A stretch of DNA of 64,000 bases from Octopus vulgaris (Eukaryota), in assembly GCA_951406725.2 (NCBI GenBank), contig OX597830.1:51770001-51834000 (forward strand). The letters are read 5' to 3'. Shown one piece after another: positions 55,858 through 64,000 of this stretch. Made by a program: the position numbers and the translations under genes. The notes beneath the pieces were generated by a model that did no database searches, was not told where the DNA came from, and saw only the letters and a program-made list of their open reading frames with translations. Every line of letters begins with the position of its first letter. Position 1 is the stretch's first letter.

Positions 55858-56057
55858 ATTATTTTATGTTTGCCTTTTGCTTTGTATTTGTATAAGTTGA
55901 CTCCAAGTCCCATCCAGAGACCTTGAATTTGTTTTAAAATTTGAGATTACATAGATAATATTTTACGTAGGATATGGGCAGTTTCCATGTGCACTCTCTT
56001 TTGAATTTCTGTCATTTTGGGGTCTCCTGGTATCTGAACTAGGTAGGAATCAGCCCC
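55858..56057 (-). mobile_element. Dong/R4-like LINE extreme 3' end plus UTR
   Basis: IPGDPKMTEIQKRVHMETAHILRKILSM*, followed by short UTR and (TAA)n array. Confidence 0.7.
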
Positions 56058-57470
56058 TATACATAACGATCCCCACGCTATGCGATACGTCGTAGAGAGG
56101 GCTGGCACAAAAGCTGGCTTCGGTGGAGCCCTGATCAATTTGGATCAATCAAAAGCATTCGATAAGGTCGATCATCGCTATTTGGAAGCCGTCCTTAAAT
56201 CAGCCGGTTTTGGACCCGTTTTCAAGGGCTGGATCGCTTCAATGCTCAGCGGCACCTGCTCGGTGGTCAAAGTAAATGGCTATCTATAGGAAACATTTAT
56301 CATCGTACGCTCGGTCTGTCAAGACTGCCCCCTGTCACTTCTTCTGTATGTGATGGCTTTCGAGCCACTGCTGCAAAAGTTTGAACAATTAAGGGTCATC
56401 CCTTTCGAACTGGGATTCAGACGAGCAGTGTCTGCATACACAGACGACATCACCGTCATGGTGTCGGATGACCCCAGAGTGGAGACGGTCGACTACATTC
56501 TAGAAGAATATGAGTCGGTTGCAGGGGCTAAAATCAATGCCGAGATGTCGGTGGGCTTGCGACTGGGCACCCGGAGAGGCAGATCGATGCTTTCAGATGG
56601 CATCGTCGGACGCTGGACTAACGTGCCAGTTAAACTGCTCAGGGCCTGGTTTACTTCTGACCTCCATGTGGATAAGAAATGGAAAGAGGTGACGAACAGG
56701 GTGTACAGTCTTACCCACCAATGGGCTGAGAGGAAGCTGTCCTTAACAGGTGAGTCAGAGGTGGCGAATGCCTACATCACCTCCGTTATTATTTATCGTC
56801 TGACCATCGTGCCACGTTCCAGTTATTGCTTGGTCTAGCTGGAGCGTCTCCTGCTCATGTTCTTGTAGAGGGGATGCGTTCCAATGGTCATGCGGTATAT
56901 CTGCCGTCAGCTCTCTCTGAGTGGCGACTCAGTCATGGCGTGGCTTTTCATGAGCAGACATGCTCTCAGGTTGCGCCATCTGCAATGGTTTCTAGAAGGT
57001 GAACGCGTGTGGGCTCCGTTTGTGAGGCACATATTTCCACAACTCGTCCTGGGTGAAGAATAGATCAAGACTGGGCGTCTGTCACTGTCTTCTACCAGTC
57101 GGGCAATAGGATCGGCAGATGTTCCACTTTAGCTATTTATAGAGGATCAGTGATGGGAAAGTGCGACGATGTCCTAGGGGAGACACTGGCCGTTAACGAA
57201 GACGAACTAACTAGTCTGTTCCGGAGGACTTTCTGGTCGGGAGCTACTATGAATAATTTTCAGATGTCTCTGCTCTGGTAGTTCTAACGGAAGGTGCTAA
57301 CGGTTCGAGATAAACTTTACATGTACGAAGATGTTGTCAGACGGGCTTGTCCGAGGTGCACGCAGAGGAAACCATTCTGCATGCACTCGTTCAGTGTCCA
57401 GAAATTGCTGACTTGTCGAGTCATGTCGAACAGCTACTGTCCTGTGTATGACGGATCTGTCTGTCACCCG
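56058..57470 (+). mobile_element. Tx1/L1-like retrotransposon ORF2 (RT to C-terminal zinc finger), decayed
   Basis: LINLDQSKAFDKVDH, SVCQDCPLS, SAYTDDIT, AGAKIN, RKLSLTG, CPRC; several stops. Confidence 0.9.
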
Positions 57471-57510
57471 AGTCCATATATATAAACCCTTACAGGGGTT
57501 TATATATAAT

Positions 57511-57850
57511 GGTGGAAGGCTGGCAGAAACGTTAGCATGCCGGGCGAAATGCTTAGCGGTATTTCGCCTGCTGCTACGTTCTGTGTTCAAATTCCACCGA
57601 GGTCAACTTTGCCTTTCATCCTTTCGGGGTCGATTAAATAAGTACCAGTTACGCACTTAATCCCTTTGTCTGTCCTTGTTTGTCCCCTCTGTGTTTAGCC
57701 TCTTGTGGGTAGTAAAGAAATAGGCATTTCGCTCGCCGCTACGTTCTGAGTTCAAATTCCGCCGAGGTCGAATTTGCCTTTCATCTAATCGTGGTGCCCC
57801 AGCATGGCCACAGCTCGTGAGCTGAAACTAGTTGAAATAGAAATATTGAA
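57511..57850 (+). mobile_element. SINE family A with partial tandem duplication and GGTGCCCCAGCATGGCC tail (same tail alone at 19692-19750)
   Basis: 57724-57785 repeats 57558-57620. Confidence 0.82.
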
Positions 57851-57944
57851 ATAATGATGAAAAACACATTAGATCTGTCTTTGTATTGTCCCCCTCACCC
57901 TTCGCCTGGTGGCAATTAAAAAAAAAATTATCATTAATATTATC

Positions 57945-57998
<54 letters not shown>

Positions 57999-58327
57999 GT
58001 AATTATTAATACTGTTGAAGTCATTATTAAGGTTGTTTATATAAATATCTTAAAGGGAAGAAACCTTTATCACTAATGAAGGCGAGTAATCATAATCACC
58101 TTCACCATCATTATCATCATCGTCGGTATCATTATCATCATCATCATTGCCATTCTCTTTATCATCATCGACGCCGGGGTCTTTGTCGTCTTCGCTGTCG
58201 CCACCGTGTTCATCGTCAACATCATCATCATTATCATCGCCATCACCATCACTTCCATCATCATCATCAACATCATAATATTGCAAGAACGACTCACAAA
58301 TGACTTCAACACAAGATTTAATGACAC

Positions 58328-58419
58328 ATTGATGTATTCAATTTTAATCATTGAAAGCTTTATTACCATTAACGACAACATATACAGCTATATATACATA
58401 TACATATACATATACATAC

Positions 58420-58501
<82 letters not shown>

Positions 58502-58613
58502 GTATGTATGTATGTATATGCATATGTATATGTATATGTATATGTATATATAGCTGTATATGTTGTCGTTAATGGTAATAAAGCTTTCAATGATTAAAAT
58601 TGAATACATCAAT
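58328..58613. repeat. Perfect fold-back inverted duplication centred on (TA)n
   Basis: ATTGATGTATTCAATTTTAATCATTGAAAGCTTTATTACCATTAACGACAACATATACAGCT.. exactly mirrored at the right end. Confidence 0.95.
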
Positions 58614-58684
58614 ATATGTATATATATATATATATATATAGAAAAGAAAACAAACTGGAACAAGAACGTAACAAGCGACATATG

Positions 58685-58755
<71 letters not shown>

Positions 58756-59534
58756 ATGTATATATATTTATATGCATGTCTGTGTGCATTTGTATTTGTA
58801 TGGATATATGTACATATATATATATATATGTGTGTGCGTGTGTGTGTGTGTGTGTGTGTGATTGCAGATATACAAAAATATATCCATACATATATGATAT
58901 ACGTGTATGCGTATAACGCACGTATGTGTGTATCTACGCACGTTTGTGCACGTCTTTATAATGTCTTTATTCTCGAGAGTGACTAATTATCGAACAATTA
59001 ATTCCAGTTAATTACAATTTGAGATTTGCATTGGGAATTCAATGATTTTAATTGTATAATAACTGACACTGTTTTTTGGTAAGGGTTATTTCGACTAAAT
59101 CTAAGATTCTTCACACACTTTCAGAGTGATATAATCGCAGAAGTGTTGCTTTTGTTGCTGGTGTTGGTGTTGTTGTGGGTTGTTGTGGTGGTGTTGGTAG
59201 TGGTGGTGACTGTAGTGACGGGCGTGGTGTTGGTGCTGGTAGTAGTGCTGGTAGTGGTTATCATATTGGTCATGGTGGTTGTGGAGGTGGGGTGGCGTTG
59301 ATGGTATTGACCTTATTGGCGTTGGTGGCGTTGGTGGCGTTGGTGTTATCGTTGGTGCTGCTGATAGTGATGGTGATTACAGTAATGTCGTAGGTCATAG
59401 TAGAAGCTGTCATGGTGGTGGTGGTGGTGTTGGTGGCGATGATGGTTATATTGTCGTTGCCGGAGGTTGTGGTGATGGAGGTGGTGATAGTGGTTGTGAG
59501 GTTGCTGGTGGTGCTTTTGTTTGTTTTGTTTTTG

Positions 59535-59874
59535 GTTTGTTGAGCGAAGCGGTCTTCATCCCAGTGGGAGTAGTCCGAAACGTGGTCCTTTGCTATTCGT
59601 AAGACCCGCAGAAGAGATAGCAGGTCAACCCCCGACACCGAGAGCATCGATGGATGGATGAATGTGCATCCAGGCTCAGCGGTTGCGTAGGAAGTCGGGG
59701 ACGAGAAACAGGAAGAAAGAGTGAAAGAAAGTTGGGGCAAAAGAGTACAACAGGGGTCGCTACCCCCAACCCCCTACCGGTGCCGCGTGGAGTTTTAGGT
59801 GTTTTCGCTCAATAAACACACACAACGCCCGGTCTGGGAATCGAAACCGCGACTCTCCGACTGCGAGTCCGCTG
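59535..59874 (-). mobile_element. SINE family C head (5'-truncated) with tail type 3
   Basis: Same head/body to CTTCCTGTTTC, then a third unrelated 3' sequence ending in (CAAAA)n. Confidence 0.78.
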
Positions 59875-60159
59875 GCAGAAACGTTAGCATGCCGGGCGAA
59901 ATGCTTAGCGGTATTTCGTCTGCCGTTACGTTGTGAGTTCAAATTCCGCCGAGGTCGACTTTGTCTTTCATCCTTTCAGGGTCGATAAATTAAGTACCGG
60001 TTGATTCCATCGACACTAGTACTCAAATAGTACTTATTTTATCGACCCCGAGGATAATGAATTGCAAAGTCAATATCGGTAGCATTTGAACGCAGAACGT
60101 AAAGATGTACGAAACGCTGCTGAGCAATTTGTCCGGCGTGCTATCGATTTTGCCAGCTC
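59871..60159. mobile_element. Two family-A SINEs tail-to-tail (59871-60003 +, 60009-60159 -)
   Basis: Both match the family-A 5' half in opposite orientation. Confidence 0.8.
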
Positions 60160-61668
60160 AAGGACTTCACATTCCAATAAATATCAATATAAATGTATCT
60201 CATCATGGACGAGAATTTTATAATTTAGAAATTTTTGCCTATAATATTTCCGTTTTCCGCTTTTGGATTTTATTTCATCTTATTTTTTTTTTTATTTTCT
60301 CAATTTCAATTTTAAATTTGAAAAAAAAAAAACCTGAGATATTCCAGAAATTAAGATTCGTAGCGGATAAGGAAATCTAGAAAATGTTTTACAAATTGAA
60401 ACTTGAAAATTTAATTAGCATCAAAATTCAGATCAATGATATGCCAATTTTCACATTGTATTGATAAGAATACATACAAGTTTTCTGGCGAAATTTCGGT
60501 CTGTGTTTAAATTTTAATTTCAAACAATCGAGATTCATAGAAATTCCACTATTATTATTATGTTTCCCTAAGCGTTCTTATTTCTATTTCGATGCACAAA
60601 TTTATAAATCTTCATAACATTGTTTTTATTACTTTAAAGATTCTAATGACGTCTCAGAATTCACTGCATAGTTAAGGTTCTCGAATGTATAACGCAAACT
60701 TTAGAACTTTAAAGATTTCGATTATGTCTTCGATGGTGTTCCCTATTTACGTGCAACACACGAACACCATGTTGAATATTATAGAAGGATGTGTCGGGAT
60801 ATGTAGGATAATATTATAGAAGTCGCCCACTAAAATTTCACTTTATGAAACGTTTTAATTTTGAGATTCATATTTGGAACCGAAAATATCAAATAAAAGA
60901 AAAAGATAAATAAATAAAATATTGCCCGGAATTTATCTATTTTTATTTCTCTTACAAGCATACTCATTTCTGTATCACGATGGAAAAATTCTTCCTAGCA
61001 CCCTAATTATGATCATGAATCCAAAAGCAAAAACAGTTTAGTCTCTCGAAATGTGAAAGAACAATTGAATGGTGACTCAGAGAAATCAGCAAATGGAAAA
61101 GAAACAAAAAAAAAAGCAAAAGAAATGATTTGTATCGAACTGAAATAGAATTTGAACCAAAGTTTTAGAGATAGATGCAATTTTCATATCAGTTGAATGT
61201 CAAGATTATCGGCAGAATCACTTTTGAGAATACCTTGTTAAGAAATGTTTCATGTTTTATATTAGAAAAGTAGACATTTGATGATAAAATCTTCTCTAAA
61301 GCGGATTTAAAAGCTCAGTCCTGTCGGATTAATGACATACGCATTATGACAGATTTGCCTTCAAAATGAAACTTTCAAGTGACAGTCACAAAATGGTATT
61401 TCATTCATGAATGGAATAATGAGAGCAGAATTTTTGTATTCACTCAGCTATTTGTCTCCGATTTCCCAACGCATTTTGCATCTAAAGGGGGTTTCTATTT
61501 CGGTTCTAAAAGGTCAAATTCAAGCACGATTATGGACAGATTATTTGTATTTACACCAGGTGTTTGTGTGTATCTTTTCATTTTTGTCTCTGTTTCTCAC
61601 ACCCCTCTGTCTGTCTCACGTTCGCTCTCTCATAATCTCTCTATTTATCTCTCTCTCTCTCTTCCTTG

Positions 61669-61727
<59 letters not shown>

Positions 61728-62147
61728 CACATACACACAAATACAAACACGCACACACATACGCACACATAAACACAAATATATATAGAGAGAGTGCTCC
61801 ACTCGAACCGTGAAATCCTTTTTCCTTTCTTTCGTTTCCTGAGCGTCAAATAATACAGTACTTGTACCACGTCCTTGCATTGTTGTTTTTCCTTGCTTAC
61901 AATTTAAAAATAGGATAAAATCTTTATAAGAATTTATCAAGTAGTTAGCATGAAAAACCCCATAAGAGAAAATTTTCTCTTAAATGTATTTCTTTATATT
62001 GAGGGCACTACTATACATAAATGCCACGCGCTAGGAGGAACTCTTAAAATCAAAACAACCAAAATAAATATACATGTAGTACCGAATACGAGGGAATGCA
62101 ACTCTCGAAGCGAGCCTCTTAAAAACAGAATTGAATTGTATATCATA

Positions 62148-62313
<166 letters not shown>

Positions 62314-62992
62314 AACACAAAATGGAGAGGCACTTGTTAATAACATCATATTATTTATAAAATAGTTGTACAGAAGTTAGTATAAAGGTGCATAAATTAA
62401 GCATTAAAACAGGAAAACGGTAATGAGAGAGTTAGCAGTCTTCTTTATAGATGTATATCCTGAAAATTCATACTCCATAAACAAAGATAGATAAAATACG
62501 CATAAACAAAAGTGAAGAGGATCCGAGTAGTTATTTATAGTGAATTTTCATGGATATGTAAGTGAGTGTCCGATGAACCGAACCTCACAATAAGGGAGTG
62601 AAGAGCACGAGTACTTGTTTAGTGTTGTTTCCAGGGTTTAGCGCTCAGTAAGTGCTGCATCGTACATTATGTCTTCAAATGCGTGAAATAGTTTGGTGTT
62701 AGCAGATGTGTATGAAATAAACACAAGTTTAGTTTATATGAACTCTTACCCCATCTTAAGAAGGAAATAAAATTTAGCGAAGGAACATGTATCAGTTATA
62801 TATGGGGAGGGGCAATGTGTGTGTGTGTGAGAGAGAGAGCAAGGAAATCTTAGCGCTAAGCAGTGTTTACGCATAGGCAAAATTTAGTTTAGTCAAAATA
62901 TGTAACTGAAGTTGAAATATATAACAAACATATTCTAAGTAACCTAAATATTGCGCATACATTTTTTTCTCTCTTTGTTTCTTTCTGTGTCC

Positions 62993-63028
62993 CTTTCTGT
63001 AGGAGAGCGTAGGCTCGAAACGTAAAAG
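62993..63028 (+). ncRNA. Minimal hammerhead-like motif, variant core, in Penelope-like terminal repeat (62860-63122)
   Basis: CTTT-CTGTAGG-A-GAGC-GTAG-GCTC-GAAACGTA-AAAG. Confidence 0.55.
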
Positions 63029-63349
63029 ACTTTTTTCTATTCCTGAGCGTTATACTAATACATCTGTTTGTTTTGTACACCACCTGCCTTCGTCTTTTGT
63101 TCTTTTTTTTCGTAAACTCTCCTTATATATATATATATATATTAATATAGGATAAATTTTTTTTCGGGAAAAAAATTTTATCAATGGCCAGCATATCAAA
63201 AAATGCCTTTAAAGGTAAAATTTATACATAATTTACAAGATAAGGGCAGAAGAAAAATTCTAATGCCAAATATGCCGAAACAAAAAATTGTCGATAACCA
63301 TTATAATTTATGCGTCTCGAAACAAACCGATAGAAATCTCTAAAAAATT

Positions 63350-63420
63350 CGTTATTACCGTATTGGTCCAATTTCGGGGTTAATTCATAAGAAATGTTCC
63401 CCTCTTCAGCGGCAAATACG
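63350..63420 (-). ncRNA. Canonical type I hammerhead ribozyme in Penelope-like terminal repeat (63150-63440)
   Basis: TTGCCG / CTGAAGA / GGGG-19 nt-CCCC / GAAA-TTGG-A-CCAA-TA^ / CGGTAA; all core nucleotides canonical. Confidence 0.85.
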
Positions 63421-63440
63421 CGAGATATAAATGAAATACT

Positions 63441-63489
<49 letters not shown>

Positions 63490-63818
63490 TATACTTAGCA
63501 AAGGCAAGGGAGAATGGCATATGGTCATATTTTGAGTTCCATTTTCCAATCAATGGAATGATATTTAAAACAAGAAAAGGAGAAAGAAGAAGGGGCGGGG
63601 CGGGCATAGACGAGGGTGGAGATGTTGGTGGGATGTAGCTATAATAACAATATAACGTTACGTCACGCAGATGTCAATAATTAATCCCGAAGAATGTATG
63701 AACCTCGGAGAATTATGAGTAGTGTATGCGTGTGTGTATGTGTGTGTGTCTGCTTCTACATATTTATGCATATATGCATGTATATACACACACACATATA
63801 TATATGCATGTATGTATG

Positions 63819-63862
<44 letters not shown>

Positions 63863-64000
63863 GGAATTTTATATTTTATATTTATATTTAAATATATAAT
63901 GCTATTTACTGAATCTCAGCTTTTTATATGCTAGACCCCTGGTGTTAAAATTGATCTTATCAAATTAATATCCAATTTTTCCTCTCATTTTAATTATTTT

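Noticed and set aside
63545-63670. Promoter (CCAAT, two GGGCGG boxes, TTACGTCA)
   Set aside because: Short motifs only; no downstream exon or CpG island

Overview
Eukaryotic, AT-rich, repeat-dense genomic DNA (intergenic or large-intron-like). The SINE families and the (TA)n/(TAA)n/(TATG)n load look most like an octopus/coleoid cephalopod genome; this is recognition from memory, not a search. No intact host protein-coding gene is supported, and nearly all ORFs in the track are microsatellite translations. The window holds decayed non-LTR retrotransposons (Tx1/L1-like, Dong/R4-like, RTE-like), a Gypsy integrase fragment, several mariner/Tc1 relics and MITEs, Helitron- and Helentron/HINE-like elements, and more than 20 tRNA-derived SINE pieces. 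The most interesting signal is about a dozen type I hammerhead ribozyme (HHR) motifs: three look intact (46996-47054 +, 63350-63420 -, 49162-49207 -) and the rest are variant or decayed. Two of them lie in diverged, homologous ~350-bp non-coding units (19967-20380, 46825-47221). Both units have terminal direct repeats, start at the same hairpin and keep the same series of hairpins with different stem sequences. This fits a retrozyme-like / Penelope-associated, possibly circular-RNA-forming mobile RNA family. All structures were read by eye and boundaries of decayed elements are approximate.
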